Source: Porticoccus sp. (GTDB lineage: Bacteria; Pseudomonadota; Gammaproteobacteria; Pseudomonadales; Porticoccaceae). From it: DNA of 53,774 nucleotides. The stretch lies in NCBI GenBank assembly GCA_047635115.1, contig JBLIJA010000001.1:1-53774 (forward strand). Direction: 5' to 3'. Under the pieces are notes generated by a model. That model saw nothing but the letters and a program-made list of their open reading frames with translations, was not told where the DNA came from and did no database searches. This document shows, piece by piece, positions 21,144 to 32,431 of this stretch. Position 1 is the stretch's first letter, and every line of letters starts with the position of its first letter. The translations under genes were made by a program, and so were the position numbers.

Positions 21144-22061
21144 ATGACGACACAACGGATTATAGATTTTATGGGTCATCGTAAATTGGCAGCGGTTTTT
21201 TCCATCCTGTTGATTTTGGGCTCCCTTTTGTCCTTATCTATCAAGGGATTGACGCTGGGTTTGGATTTTACTGGCGGCACCCAAATTGAGGTGGGTTACC
21301 AGCAGCCAGCAGATCTGGAAGCCATTCGCTCACAGCTCGCAGCCGCTAAATTTGATAACCCTGTAGTGATTCATTTTGGCTCCGAGAGCGATGTGCTTAT
21401 TCGCTTGCAAGAAAAGCCGGAGGCGGGATTGTCTGATAACGTGCTAAAAGCCCTTGGCAATGGTGATAATGGCGTTGAGCTTCGCCGGGTGGATTATGTC
21501 GGTCCACAGGTAGGCGACGAATTGCGTGAGGACGGTGGTCTCGGTATGTTGGCGGCACTGGCCATTGTGATGCTTTATGTGGCGATTCGTTTTCAGTACA
21601 AGTTCTCTTTGGGAGCGGTGGCAGCCTTGGTTCATGACGTTATTATTACGCTGGGATTTTTCTCGTTGACGGGGTTAGAGTTTGATCTCACCGTGCTTGC
21701 CGCAGTGTTGGCGGTTGTTGGTTATTCGCTTAATGACACCATTGTGGTTTCGGATCGTATACGTGAAAACTTTCGACTATTACGAAAAGCCGATGCTTTT
21801 TCCGTCATTAATGAGTCCCTGACACAAACACTGGGTCGTACCATCATTACGTCATTTACCACGCTGCTGGTTTTGATGGCGCTGTACTTGTTTGGTGGCG
21901 AGTTGATTCATAACTTTGCCGTTGCTTTGATAGTCGGTGTGTTTATTGGTACTTACTCATCCATTTATGTGGCCGCTAATCTATTACTGAGCTTGGGTAT
22001 GACCCGTGAAAATTTACTGCCGTCCGTGAGGGAAAGCGCCGAATTTGATGAGCTACCCTGA
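21144..22061 (+). CDS. secF: Protein translocase subunit SecF
   Basis: LGLDFTGG, GYSLNDTIVV.DRIREN, GTYSSIYVA. Confidence 0.97.
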   Translation: MTTQRIIDFMGHRKLAAVFSILLILGSLLSLSIKGLTLGLDFTGGTQIEVGYQQPADLEAIRSQLAAAKFDNPVVIHFGSESDVLIRLQEKPEAGLSDNVLKALGNGDNGVELRRVDYVGPQVGDELREDGGLGMLAALAIVMLYVAIRFQYKFSLGAVAALVHDVIITLGFFSLTGLEFDLTVLAAVLAVVGYSLNDTIVVSDRIRENFRLLRKADAFSVINESLTQTLGRTIITSFTTLLVLMALYLFGGELIHNFAVALIVGVFIGTYSSIYVAANLLLSLGMTRENLLPSVRESAEFDELP

Positions 22062-22074
22062 TTGAGACAAACTT

Positions 22075-22106
22075 ATAAAAACGCCGCTGAATAGCGGCGT
22101 TTTTAT
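22075..22106. terminator. Bidirectional Rho-independent terminator
   Basis: ATAAAAACGCCGCT-gaat-AGCGGCGTTTTTAT between convergent genes. Confidence 0.9.
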
Positions 22107-22162
22107 TGCGAGGTTTTTTGGGAGAGTCGTAAAAATAGTGACTTTTCTTGTGGAAAAGGAAG

Positions 22163-22622
22163 TTATCTCCAGTAATCCCAAGCTATTATCACTTTTTCTG
22201 GGTACCAGAATTTCCCGTAGCTACCGTTGTAACGAGCCAGAGCATAGGACAAATGCCCCTTCTCTTTGTCCAGGTAGAATTCAGGATTGTGCAGCCATAG
22301 CGTAAATTGGTTTCTACATCGATCAAGTTGTCTTCGGGGTTTCCAGTCTCGTTTTTCAGGAAGGGTATAACCTGCATTAAGCCTGGGGTCTCGGCGTAAG
22401 ATAGTGCATAGGGATTAAATCGGCTTTCAATCTGGATGACGGCCAGCACAACTTCCGGGGATCGGTCCGCGCGAGTGGCGGCACGATGGATCCTTCGGAG
22501 CAGGTTGGGTCGCGTCTCGTCGTCAGGTATATATCGTTCAAGCTGGCTTAATTTGGAGAACTCGTCATCAAGGTGGCACTGAGCCACCCGGTGATAACCA
22601 ACGTTCCCGCATTTTTGATCAT
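22163..22622 (-). pseudogene. Lytic transglycosylase (SLT domain), disrupted
   Basis: ATGA overlap with proS gives a 24-aa hydrophobic leader then a stop; a second frame has VLAVIQIESRF, GLMQV, NLRYGCTIL; after a 1-nt shift near 22280 it continues FYLDKEKGHLSYALARYNGSYGKFWYPEKV. Confidence 0.85.
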
Positions 22623-24340
22623 GTGACGGCTTGCTCTAGGAAATGTTGAAGGTCAGCGAGAAGAATATTTTGGTTCTCGCCAATTCGTCGATTGCAGTAT
22701 TCAATGTGGCCCTGTTCTAAGCCTCGGTCACCAACCACAATGCGGTGGGGTAAACCTATCAATTCTATATTGGCTAGCATGACGCCTAAGCGTGCCTTCT
22801 CTTCATCCATAAATAGCACATCGTACCCGGCATGTTGTAAGTCTGAATAAAGTTTCTCGCAAGTTTCCCGAACCTGTTCAGATTTGTGCATGTTTATGGG
22901 TACCAATGCGATCTGGAAGGGTGCCAGAGCATCTGGCCATATAATGCCTTTATCGTCGTGGTTTTGCTCAATAGCAGATGCCACCACCCGGCTTACACCA
23001 ATACCGTAACAACCCATTAGCATGACCTGCTCTCGGCCTTCTTCATTTAGTACTTTGGCATTCAAGGCTTCACTGTACTTAGTGCCCAACTGGAAAATAT
23101 GACCAACCTCGATACCTCGCTTTATTTCCAGAAGACCTTTCCCGTCAGGGCTGGGATCACCTGACACAACATTGCGAATGTCTTCTACTCGTGGCAGCGA
23201 ACAGTCTCGCTCCCAGTTCACACCAGTGAGATGGGCTCCCTCTTTGTTTGCACCGCAGGCGAAGTTAGCTAAGTGAGCGGCACTTCGGTCTACGATGACT
23301 GGAATGTTAAGACCTACTGGCCCCAGCGAGCCAACGCTGCATCCAAGCGCCTGCTTCACTTGCTCTTCGCTGGCAAAGGTAAGAGGTGATGCGACGCCAT
23401 CGAGTTTCTCGGCTTTGATGTCGTTGAGTACATGCTCGCCGCAGAGTACGAGAGCAACAAATGGTGTATCGTCATCGTCTGATTCGCCCAATACGATCAG
23501 TGTTTTGGCTATCTGGTTACGCTCCAGTTTGAGGAATCGACAGACCTCTTCGATACTGTGTTGGTTGGGCGTGGCTACTTCGGTCATTTGGTCTGTGGGG
23601 GTAGGACGTTCACCCTCAGGAGCCAAGGCTTCGGCCATTTCGACGTTTGCTGCGAAATCACTATTTGTAGAAAAGGTAATGTCATCTTCTCCCGAGTCAG
23701 CCAGTACATGAAATTCATGGGAGTGGTTGCCTCCTATGCTACCGGTATCGGCTAATACCGGCCTGAAATCAAGACCCAGTCGCCTGAAAATAGTGGAGTA
23801 GGCCTGATACATCACATCGTACGTCTGTTGCAGGCTTTCTTGGTTGGTGTGGAAGGAATAGGCATCTTTCATCAAAAATTCTCGGGCACGCATAATGCCA
23901 AAGCGCGGGCGAATTTCATCTCTGAATTTGGTCTGAATCTGGTAGAAACTGGCGGGTAGCTGTTTATAGCTACGAATATCATTGCGTACCAGATCAGTGA
24001 TCACTTCTTCGTGGGTAGGGCCAAGGCAGAAAGAGCGATTGTGTCGGTCTTTGATCCGTAATAGTTCTGGCCCATATTGCTCCCATCGTCCGGATTCTTC
24101 CCAGAGTTCTGCAGGTTGGATGACGGGCATGAGCACTTCTAAGGCATCAGCTCGATCCATTTCTTCGCGGACAATGGCTTCTACTTTGCGCAACACGCGA
24201 AGACCCAATGGTAGCCAGCTATAGAGCCCTGAGGCCAGTTTTCGAGTCATACCTGCACGCAGCATCAGCTGGTGGCTGATGACTTCAGCATCGGCTGGCG
24301 TTTCTTTTTGGGTGGAAATCAGGTATTGGCTGGCTCGCAT
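22619..24340 (-). CDS. proS: Proline--tRNA ligase (with editing insertion domain)
   Basis: [45 protein letters not shown]. Confidence 0.98.
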   Translation of the reverse strand: MRASQYLISTQKETPADAEVISHQLMLRAGMTRKLASGLYSWLPLGLRVLRKVEAIVREEMDRADALEVLMPVIQPAELWEESGRWEQYGPELLRIKDRHNRSFCLGPTHEEVITDLVRNDIRSYKQLPASFYQIQTKFRDEIRPRFGIMRAREFLMKDAYSFHTNQESLQQTYDVMYQAYSTIFRRLGLDFRPVLADTGSIGGNHSHEFHVLADSGEDDITFSTNSDFAANVEMAEALAPEGERPTPTDQMTEVATPNQHSIEEVCRFLKLERNQIAKTLIVLGESDDDDTPFVALVLCGEHVLNDIKAEKLDGVASPLTFASEEQVKQALGCSVGSLGPVGLNIPVIVDRSAAHLANFACGANKEGAHLTGVNWERDCSLPRVEDIRNVVSGDPSPDGKGLLEIKRGIEVGHIFQLGTKYSEALNAKVLNEEGREQVMLMGCYGIGVSRVVASAIEQNHDDKGIIWPDALAPFQIALVPINMHKSEQVRETCEKLYSDLQHAGYDVLFMDEEKARLGVMLANIELIGLPHRIVVGDRGLEQGHIEYCNRRIGENQNILLADLQHFLEQAVT

Positions 24341-24497
24341 AGTGGCTCTCATCTAGTGACTTTCGTATAGTGACGTTTACATGGCCACTGGTTTTCTATT
24401 AGCGGCTGATGGAAAAGACGCTATTTTACGGTGGTGTGTTCTTTGGGTACAGGGCTTAGGGTACAGGCTTGCTACTACAGAAATAAGAGGTATTTAC

Positions 24498-24920
24498 ATG
24501 TTTGAGCTTCACTCCAAACTAGCGGAGGACACTTTGGTGGTTGGCGAATTTAAGTTGTGTCAGTTGTTGATCCATCGAGATGCGAACTATCCTTGGTTCA
24601 TTCTGGTACCTAAGCGACCCAAAGTGACAGAGGTTTATCATCTTTCTAAGCAGGACAGAATGCAGTTGATGCAGGAGTCTTGCATACTGGCCGAGGCGCT
24701 GGTTGATGTTTTTGCACCTGATAAAATAAATATAGCCGCGCTGGGTAATATGGTGCCTCAACTGCATATGCATCATGTTGCCCGCTACATAACGGACGGT
24801 GCTTGGCCAAATCCGATATGGGGAGTCCTTTCTGCTGTGGGTTATCAGCAAGAAGTCCTTGAGCATCGTATTGAGTCTGTAGTCAATGTATTGGTGGGAG
24901 ATGATTTCAGTCGGCCTTAA
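24498..24920 (+). CDS. HIT-domain protein
   Basis: DANYPWFILVP, KINIAALGNMVPQLHMHH; GAGG RBS before MFELH. Confidence 0.9.
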   Translation: MFELHSKLAEDTLVVGEFKLCQLLIHRDANYPWFILVPKRPKVTEVYHLSKQDRMQLMQESCILAEALVDVFAPDKINIAALGNMVPQLHMHHVARYITDGAWPNPIWGVLSAVGYQQEVLEHRIESVVNVLVGDDFSRP

Positions 24921-25152
24921 GCTATTGCTGGCCTAACCGTGCATACAACCTTCTAGCTCCCGTTTTCCTAGGGTATAATGCGCCGCTTTTACCAATGGGG
25001 ACGTTTGTCTCGCCTTTTTATAGTTTGATGGCATGACGTGTTGTAATAAAGCTATTCTCTTAAAAAAGAGGAAATCTTCTTCCCCAGCGCCTGATTCGAC
25101 AGTTTTCGATGCTTTGTTGTTGAGCATCTTTTGATCAATACGGGAATAAATA

Positions 25153-26952
25153 ATGCGTACAAGTTATTGCGGTGTTTTGAATGCAGCGAACATTGATCAG
25201 GAAGTAACAATTTGTGGCTGGGTGGATCGCCGTCGCGACCATGGTGGTGTTATTTTTATCGACCTTCGTGATAGGGAAGGTATTGTTCAAGTTGTTTTTG
25301 ATCCCGATGGTGGTGATCACTTTGAGCGAGCCGATACAGTACGCAGTGAATATGTGCTTCAGGTTAGAGGTAAAGTTCGTGCCCGCACACCAGAAACAGT
25401 CAACGCTGATATGCGCACGGGTGAAGTAGAAATTTACGGCTTGGAACTGGAAATTTTAAACACGTCTGACACACCGCCATTCCCACTGGACGAACATAAT
25501 AAAGTGGGCGAGGACGTTCGTTTAAAATACCGTTATATGGATTTGCGTCGTCCGGAGATGCTGAAGAACTTACGTTTTCGTTCTCAGGTTACCAGCGTGA
25601 TTCGTAACTATCTGGACGAAAAAGGTTTTTTGGATATTGAAACGCCTATTTTGACTCGTGCCACGCCTGAAGGAGCACGAGATTATTTGGTGCCTAGCCG
25701 TACCCACGATGGTAAATTCTTTGCGCTTCCTCAGTCGCCGCAGCTGTTTAAGCAGCTGCTAATGGTTTCTGGTGTTGACCGCTATTACCAAATTGCCAAA
25801 TGTTTTCGTGATGAAGATCTACGTGCCGATCGTCAACCTGAATTTACCCAGGTAGATGTGGAGTTATCTTTTACCTCTGAAAAGGAGATCATGGCCATTA
25901 ACGAAGAGATGATTCGCTCTGTCTTCCAGAAAGTACTGGGTGTAGACCTCGGTCATTTTCCCCAAATGCCCCACAGCGAAGCCATGGATAGATTTGGTAG
26001 TGACAAGCCAGATTTGAGGATTCCATTAGAGCTGGTGGAAATCAAAGACCTGGTAGCCGCTGTAGACTTTAAAGTATTTTCTGGCCCAGCCAGTGATCCC
26101 AAGGGTCGGGTCACCGCATTAAAAGTGCCGGGCGGTAGCAGTATCAGCCGTAAGAAGATTGACGACTACACCAAGTTTGTCGGCATCTACGGCGCCAGAG
26201 GTCTGGCCTATATTAAAGTCAATGATAAGGATGATTTGGAAGAAGGTCTGCAATCACCGATCGTTAAATTCCTTCCTAATGAGGCTCGCGCCGCCATCCT
26301 CGAGCGCACGGGTGCAGAAAATGGTGATCTGATTTTCTTTGGTGCCGATAAGGGCAAGGTTGTATCTGAAGCTCTGGGTGCATTGCGTTGTAAATTGGGT
26401 GCAGACCTTGATCTGTATACCTGTGATTGGGCACCATTGTGGGTCATTGACTTCCCCATGTTTGAAGAGACCGGCGATGGCAACTGGGCATCGTTACATC
26501 ATCCTTTTACACGTCCATCCTGTACTGCTGAAGAAATGGAAGATGATCCGGAAAATGCACTGTCTCTCGCCTACGACATGGTGTTGAATGGCACTGAGCT
26601 GGGCGGTGGTTCTATTCGTATTCATAATCCAGCCATGCAGAAAACCGTCTTCCAAGTACTGGGAATTGGGGATGAAGAGGCCAATGAGAAATTTGGTTTC
26701 CTCGTAGATGCGCTCAGCTACGGCTGTCCTCCCCATGGTGGATTAGCATTTGGTTTGGATCGTCTGATTATGTTGATGACGGGCAGTGATTCCATTCGTG
26801 ATGTGATGGCCTTCCCCAAAACACAGTCAGCAGCCTGCGTAATGACCGACGCGCCTGGATCGGTGGACAACAAACAATTACGTGAGCTGAATATTCGCTT
26901 GAGAGAGAACCCGGCGAGCGAAAAAATCGCTACTGCAGAAGGTAGTGCTTAA
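25153..26952 (+). CDS. aspS: Aspartate--tRNA ligase (possibly non-discriminating Asp/Asn)
   Basis: [44 protein letters not shown]. Confidence 0.98.
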   Translation: MRTSYCGVLNAANIDQEVTICGWVDRRRDHGGVIFIDLRDREGIVQVVFDPDGGDHFERADTVRSEYVLQVRGKVRARTPETVNADMRTGEVEIYGLELEILNTSDTPPFPLDEHNKVGEDVRLKYRYMDLRRPEMLKNLRFRSQVTSVIRNYLDEKGFLDIETPILTRATPEGARDYLVPSRTHDGKFFALPQSPQLFKQLLMVSGVDRYYQIAKCFRDEDLRADRQPEFTQVDVELSFTSEKEIMAINEEMIRSVFQKVLGVDLGHFPQMPHSEAMDRFGSDKPDLRIPLELVEIKDLVAAVDFKVFSGPASDPKGRVTALKVPGGSSISRKKIDDYTKFVGIYGARGLAYIKVNDKDDLEEGLQSPIVKFLPNEARAAILERTGAENGDLIFFGADKGKVVSEALGALRCKLGADLDLYTCDWAPLWVIDFPMFEETGDGNWASLHHPFTRPSCTAEEMEDDPENALSLAYDMVLNGTELGGGSIRIHNPAMQKTVFQVLGIGDEEANEKFGFLVDALSYGCPPHGGLAFGLDRLIMLMTGSDSIRDVMAFPKTQSAACVMTDAPGSVDNKQLRELNIRLRENPASEKIATAEGSA

Positions 26953-26997
26953 ACTGATTCACTAAAACAGTAGCTCGGGTAAGTCAGGAGAGTATGT

Positions 26998-27744
26998 ATG
27001 GCTGGTCATAGTAAATGGGCCAATATTAAGCACCGTAAAGCGGCTCAAGATGCTAAACGGGGCAAGACTTTCACCAAGTTAATTCGAGAGCTAGTGGTTG
27101 CCACCAAGGCCGGTGGCCCCAACCCTGAAGATAACCCTCGGTTACGTGCAGCGGTAGATAAGGCGCTGGGCTCTAATATGAAACGCGACACCGTCGAGAA
27201 GGCAATGGCGCGTGGCGCAGGGGCTGGCGAAAGTGACAATTACGATGAAATTACTTATGAAGGCTATGGGGTTGGTGGTATAGCTGTTCTCGTGGAGTGC
27301 ATGACCGACAATCGTAATCGAACCGTCTCTGACGTACGTCATGCCTTTGACAAACGCGGAGGTAACCTGGGGACTGATGGCTCTGTTGCGTATTTGTTTG
27401 CTCGCACCGGGCAAATCAGTTTTGCGCCGGGTGCCGATGAAGAACAAATTATGGAAATAGCGCTCGAGGCGGGCGCTGAAGATGTTTTGACCAATGATGA
27501 TCAGTCCATTGATGTGATAACGGCCTGGGAAGATTTTGCCGCAGTGAAAGACGCCATTGTCGCTGCAGGTTTAGAGCCTGATGATGCAGAGATCACTATG
27601 CTGGCTTCTATCACAGTCCCGCTGGCTAAAGAGGGTGCTGATAAAGCATTGGCATTAATCGACAGCCTTGAAGATTTGGACGATGTCCAAAATGTATACA
27701 CCAATGCCGATATTTCACTTGAAGTGATGGGGCAACTTGGTTGA
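26998..27744 (+). CDS. yebC: YebC/PmpR family protein
   Basis: [32 protein letters not shown]. Confidence 0.96.
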   Translation: MAGHSKWANIKHRKAAQDAKRGKTFTKLIRELVVATKAGGPNPEDNPRLRAAVDKALGSNMKRDTVEKAMARGAGAGESDNYDEITYEGYGVGGIAVLVECMTDNRNRTVSDVRHAFDKRGGNLGTDGSVAYLFARTGQISFAPGADEEQIMEIALEAGAEDVLTNDDQSIDVITAWEDFAAVKDAIVAAGLEPDDAEITMLASITVPLAKEGADKALALIDSLEDLDDVQNVYTNADISLEVMGQLG

Positions 27745-27820
27745 GCACTGAGCAGAGAACGTGAGCTAAATTTTTTAACCAAAGGTAGTCCAACAACGAG
27801 TAATCAACGGAGACATAGAG

Positions 27821-28099
27821 ATGAAAGTACTAAAAAAGACTGATGACTATACCGTCTATCAAAAGCGTTCAGGTCGTTATTCCGTCATTGGTGCGGATAA
27901 CAGCCCCATCAATGGTGACGAAAAAGTCAAAATTCTCGTAGCTGAGGGTATTGTGAAAAAAGCCGTGGCTGCACCTGAACCTGAAGTTGTTGAAGAGGCC
28001 GTAGCGGAAGAGGCTGTTGCAGAAGAAGTTCCTGCCGAAGAACCTCTTGCTGAAGCAGAAAAACCTCCAGCAGAAGAAGAGCCTGAAACAAAAGAATAA
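27821..28099 (+). CDS. Hypothetical protein: small basic domain plus E/A/P-rich acidic tail
   Basis: GGAG RBS, own terminator, coherent 92-aa ORF. Confidence 0.8.
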   Translation: MKVLKKTDDYTVYQKRSGRYSVIGADNSPINGDEKVKILVAEGIVKKAVAAPEPEVVEEAVAEEAVAEEVPAEEPLAEAEKPPAEEEPETKE

Positions 28100-28117
28100 T
28101 CTAACGTTTTGTTTCAG

Positions 28118-28147
28118 AAAAGGTGGCTTATTTAAGCCGCCTTTTTT
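28118..28147 (+). terminator. Rho-independent terminator
   Basis: AAAAGGTGGCTTA-tt-TAAGCCGCCTTTTTT. Confidence 0.8.
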
Positions 28148-28306
28148 ATTGTTTGGAATAAGTATGTGTAGCGCTTCGCTAAGAGGCAGGCTAGCCAACG
28201 GTTTGTCAGTCCTGCAGAGGTCACGCTTTTTGTGGTCGGAGTAAACTTGAGAAACTGGTTGTGTCGTTTGCTAGAATTCATATTCTGCCTAATTATCGGA
28301 AGTAAT

Positions 28307-28675
28307 CTATGCAGCTGAAAAACCTATATATACAGCGCTAATAAAACCAACAAATAACCAAAATATACACATTAACGTTACTGTAATCGAAATCACTACT
28401 AGTTTAGTGCGATTTAATGGAATCAGAACACAGAGGGCTAATAGAAATATTCTGCCCACGACATAGAACGCGAACGAGCTAGGAAGACACTTAATGGGCA
28501 GTAAAAATATAGGCGGCCCAAGCATAACTGAATATAGTTGAAGATCGCCTGGAGATGACTCCAGCTTTGCTGCGGTTAAAAATACAATGATTGGCGTTAA
28601 TACGAACGATAATATAACAATTACATTTTTCTGTGTTTTAGGAGCAGCACCAATGATGATTCTTAGCTGAATAAG
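28307..28675 (-). other. AT-rich open frame (122 codons) for a hydrophobic membrane protein lacking a canonical upstream start; possible gene remnant
   Basis: Frame of the 72-aa ORF stays open to a TAG at 28676-28678 and adds a further hydrophobic segment (VIVILSFVLTPIIVFLTAA). Confidence 0.4.
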
Positions 28676-29077
28676 CTATAGGGAAACATAACAGCTTATT
28701 CAAAAGCCTATGGCCTTATATCACTTTGGCCCCCTTATCTCGGGAAAAATGATTTTCGGTCAAGGCTATTCCTGTTTATTTGAAATGGGTTCAAGAAAAT
28801 AGAAAAATTCGGTTGTTTGGTAAGAAAAGCCTAATCCATGTTTTTATTTTCCAATCCCTTTGCACTGAGCATAAGCCAACACCTTTTAAAATCAAAGACT
28901 AAATGCTACTTTTCACTTGAACAGGAGTCACTGGTTCTATTTCTCGTTCATAGCAGGGCCTACTGATCTACGGGAGTAGCGTATACAAAATAACCAACAA
29001 TATTTGATAGACATAAGCCTGTGGGAAGGTGCAGGGGCGCGACTGCTTAGGGCTTGTTTTTTTTACTGGTTAATATA

Positions 29078-29093
29078 CTGTGGCAATATACAG
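29078..29093. promoter_or_regulatory. LexA (SOS) box upstream of ruvC
   Basis: ata-CTGT-GGCAATAT-ACAG-tat, about 20 bp before the ruvC ATG. Confidence 0.85.
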
Positions 29094-29112
29094 TATTGGC
29101 GGTATTTATGGC

Positions 29113-29652
29113 ATGACCATTATTCTTGGTATAGACCCTGGTTCCCGCAAAACCGGCTTTGGCGTCATCAAGGTCATGGGCTCAGCAGTTGAGTATGTCA
29201 CCAGCGGAATTATCCGTTTGCCCACTGGTGAGCTACCGGCTCGTCTCAAAGTAATTTTTGATAGTGTTGCTGAAATCATTGTCGATCATCAGCCTTTAGA
29301 AATGGCCGTCGAAGACGTATTCTTTGCTCGCGACCCACGCGCTGCACTGAAGTTAGGGCAGGCCAGAGGGGCTGCTATTGTGGCGGGTGTTACAGCAGGA
29401 TTACCTGTAGCAGAATATGCTGCGCGATCAGTGAAGCAGTCCGTGGTCGGAACCGGCGCCGCAAGTAAGGAGCAAGTGCAACATATGGTAAAACAATTGT
29501 TAAGGCTTCCTTCAGCGCCTGCCGAGGATGCTGCCGATGCGTTAGCTGTGGCTCTTTGTCATGCCCAAACGTCACGTACGGCCACCAGTATTGGTATTCA
29601 GGTTCGTTACTCGAAGGGTAGGCTGAAAGAAATAGAAAGAAACGAGGTCTAG
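29113..29652 (+). CDS. ruvC: Holliday junction resolvase RuvC
   Basis: [27 protein letters not shown]. Confidence 0.97.
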   Translation: MTIILGIDPGSRKTGFGVIKVMGSAVEYVTSGIIRLPTGELPARLKVIFDSVAEIIVDHQPLEMAVEDVFFARDPRAALKLGQARGAAIVAGVTAGLPVAEYAARSVKQSVVGTGAASKEQVQHMVKQLLRLPSAPAEDAADALAVALCHAQTSRTATSIGIQVRYSKGRLKEIERNEV

Positions 29653-29662
29653 GAGAGCGCGT

Positions 29663-30265
29663 GTGATAGGTCGAATTGAAGGGATCTTGCTCGAAAAGCA
29701 GGCGCCAGAATTGCTGATTGATATTCAGGGTCTTGGGTACGAGGTATTGGTCTCTCTGAACACCTTTTTTGATTTACCTGCACTGGGTGAAAAAATAACG
29801 CTTCGTACACACTTTGTTGTAAGGGAAGATGTACAGCAATTATATGGTTTTGTTGATACTCGTGAGCGTGAGTTATTCCGCTCCTTAATTAAGGTGAGTG
29901 GAGTGGGGCCAAAAATGGCGCTGGCTATTCTCTCAGGAATGACCACGACTGACTTTGTGCATTCGGTGCAGACCAATGACACAGCAACGCTGGTAAAATT
30001 GCCCGGTGTTGGCAAGAAAACAGCGGAACGCCTGATTGTGGAAATGCGTGACAGGTTGGAGAACTTTGGCGGTGCGGCTAGTCTCGGCATGTCGTCAGCA
30101 TCTGCCGATAATCAGCCCAATGCGGTAAAAGAGGCAGAGAGCGCGCTGATTACTCTTGGCTATAAGCCCCAAGAAGCCGCCCGTATGGTCAATGCCTGTA
30201 CTGGTGAAGAAAAAACCAGTCAAGAATTGATACGTCAGGCACTAAAAAGCATGATTAAAACCTAG
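29663..30265 (+). CDS. ruvA: Holliday junction branch migration protein RuvA
   Basis: VREDVQQLYGF, VSGVGPK, PGVGKKTAERL. Confidence 0.97.
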   Translation: MIGRIEGILLEKQAPELLIDIQGLGYEVLVSLNTFFDLPALGEKITLRTHFVVREDVQQLYGFVDTRERELFRSLIKVSGVGPKMALAILSGMTTTDFVHSVQTNDTATLVKLPGVGKKTAERLIVEMRDRLENFGGAASLGMSSASADNQPNAVKEAESALITLGYKPQEAARMVNACTGEEKTSQELIRQALKSMIKT

Positions 30266-30288
30266 ACTGAGCAAGATATACTTTCGCC

Positions 30289-31308
30289 ATGATTGAAACT
30301 GACCGCCTTATATCCCCCGAAGCCTCTATCCAAGAGGATCGTTTTGACCGTGCTATTCGCCCGTTAAGTCTCAATGATTATGTTGGTCAGCAGGCAGTTC
30401 GGGAGCAAATGGACATTTTTATTGGTGCGGCCCGAAACCGTGGAGAGCCATTGGATCACACCTTGATATTTGGTCCGCCTGGTCTCGGTAAAACAACACT
30501 GGCCCACATTATTGCCAATGAGATGGGGGTTGGTCTGAAAACCACATCGGGCCCAGTGCTGGAGAAGGCGGGTGACCTCGTGGCTTTGATGACCAACCTG
30601 GAACCTGGTGATGTGTTATTTATCGATGAAATTCATCGGTTGAGTCCAGTTGTAGAAGAGATCATCTATCCTGCGATGGAGGACTACCAGCTGGATATCA
30701 TGATCGGGGAAGGGCCCGCCGCTCGTTCCATAAAACTGGATATCCCCCCCTTTACCCTCGTGGGTGCGACAACGCGTGCGGGCTTGCTAACATCACCCCT
30801 GCGGGACAGATTTGGCATTGTACAAAGGCTAGAATTTTATTCAGTTGAAGAGCTAAGCACTATAGTTGCTCGCTCCGCCGGTATTCTTGGCGTACATCTG
30901 GATGAGTCGGGTGCCGGAGAAATTGCTCGTCGTTCTAGGGGTACTCCTAGAATAGTCAATCGCCTGTTGAGACGAGTCAGAGACTATGCCGAGATCAAAG
31001 CCGATGGCAATATTACGACTCAGGTAGCGGATCAGGCTCTTAGTATGCTAAATGTGGATACCAGTGGTTTCGATCATATGGATCGACGGCTGATGCTGGC
31101 GATTATGGAGAAATTCGATGGTGGCCCAGTGGGGGTTGATAACTTAGCCGCGGCCATCAGTGAAGAGCGAGATACCATTGAAGATGTACTGGAACCCTAT
31201 CTTATTCAGCAGGGCTATATGATTCGAACGCCACGGGGGCGTATGGTTACTCACTTGGCTTATCAGCACTTTGGTTTGCCTAGTCCAAAAAAATTAATAA
31301 ATAACTAG
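30289..31308 (+). CDS. ruvB: Holliday junction branch migration helicase RuvB
   Basis: [24 protein letters not shown]. Confidence 0.98.
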   Translation: MIETDRLISPEASIQEDRFDRAIRPLSLNDYVGQQAVREQMDIFIGAARNRGEPLDHTLIFGPPGLGKTTLAHIIANEMGVGLKTTSGPVLEKAGDLVALMTNLEPGDVLFIDEIHRLSPVVEEIIYPAMEDYQLDIMIGEGPAARSIKLDIPPFTLVGATTRAGLLTSPLRDRFGIVQRLEFYSVEELSTIVARSAGILGVHLDESGAGEIARRSRGTPRIVNRLLRRVRDYAEIKADGNITTQVADQALSMLNVDTSGFDHMDRRLMLAIMEKFDGGPVGVDNLAAAISEERDTIEDVLEPYLIQQGYMIRTPRGRMVTHLAYQHFGLPSPKKLINN

Positions 31309-31321
31309 GTTTAATGGATAA

Positions 31322-31723
31322 ATGACTGAAGAATATTGTCTACCCATCCGTGTTTATGTCGAGGACACTGATGCGGGTGGTATTGTCTATTATGCCAACT
31401 ACCTAAAATATTTTGAACGCGCCCGTACTGAGCTGATTCGCACACTGGGTTACGATAAACCTGCTTTGTTTGGCGGCCTACAGTTTGTCGTACATTCTGT
31501 GGAAGTAACGTATCGACAGCCAGCCGTATTAGATGATCAGATTGTGGCTAAGGCTAAGCTCCTCTCCGTGTCGCGAACGTCATTTACCATTGCTCAGAAA
31601 GTATTGAGAAATAACGAGGTGTTGGTTGAGGGGTTGGTCAAGGTGGCCTGCATCAATCATGAAAGAAAACGGCCTGCAGCGATACCGGCCGACATGCTGC
31701 GAACACTTCAGGCAGCCGTATAG
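31322..31723 (+). CDS. ybgC: Tol-Pal-associated acyl-CoA thioesterase
   Basis: RVY.EDTDAGGIVYYANYLKYFERARTE. Confidence 0.93.
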   Translation: MTEEYCLPIRVYVEDTDAGGIVYYANYLKYFERARTELIRTLGYDKPALFGGLQFVVHSVEVTYRQPAVLDDQIVAKAKLLSVSRTSFTIAQKVLRNNEVLVEGLVKVACINHERKRPAAIPADMLRTLQAAV

Positions 31724-31754
31724 GGTTAGAGTAGAATAAAAAAGGGAGTAGCGT

Positions 31755-32429
31755 GTGACAGAACAACTATCTTTGTGGAGTTTGATTGCAAATGCCACTG
31801 TACTGGTGCAATTTGTGATGGCCTTGTTATTTATAGCTTCAATGACTTCCTGGGTGATGATTGTTCAGCGTGGCATATATCTCAGAAGTGCCAGTCGAAA
31901 CTTGCGCGACTTTGAGGATAACTTTTGGTCAGGGGTTGATTTGAACGAGCTGTACCACAATAGTGGCACTCATGCCACAGCTGAGGGGTTAGCCAGTGTT
32001 TTTCGTGCGGGCTACCGTGAGTTCAATCGTCTTACTCAACAAAGTAATGCCGATCCGGATGCGGTGATGGAAGGTACGGAGAGGTCTATGCGGGTGGCGT
32101 TGTCTCGTGAAGAAGAAAAGCTCAACCGCAACTTACCGTTTCTCGCCAGTGTTGCTTCAGTCAGCCCCTATATCGGTCTATTCGGAACTGTCTGGGGAAT
32201 TATGAATTCCTTTCGTGGGCTAGCGAACGTTCAACAAGCTACGTTGGCGACTGTCGCACCTGGTATTTCCGAGGCCCTAATTGCTACTGCTATGGGATTG
32301 TTTGCTGCCATCCCCGCGGTATTGGCATATAACCGTTATTCTTCCTCTGCAGACAGTATCTTTAGTGGTTATGAGACGTTCTCTGAAGAATTTTCGAGCA
32401 TTCTGCACCGTCGGGTTCATAGTGACTAA
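31755..32429 (+). CDS. tolQ: TolQ
   Basis: SPYIGLFGTVWGIM, APGISEALIATAMGL. Confidence 0.97.
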   Translation: MTEQLSLWSLIANATVLVQFVMALLFIASMTSWVMIVQRGIYLRSASRNLRDFEDNFWSGVDLNELYHNSGTHATAEGLASVFRAGYREFNRLTQQSNADPDAVMEGTERSMRVALSREEEKLNRNLPFLASVASVSPYIGLFGTVWGIMNSFRGLANVQQATLATVAPGISEALIATAMGLFAAIPAVLAYNRYSSSADSIFSGYETFSEEFSSILHRRVHSD

Positions 32430-32431
32430 TC

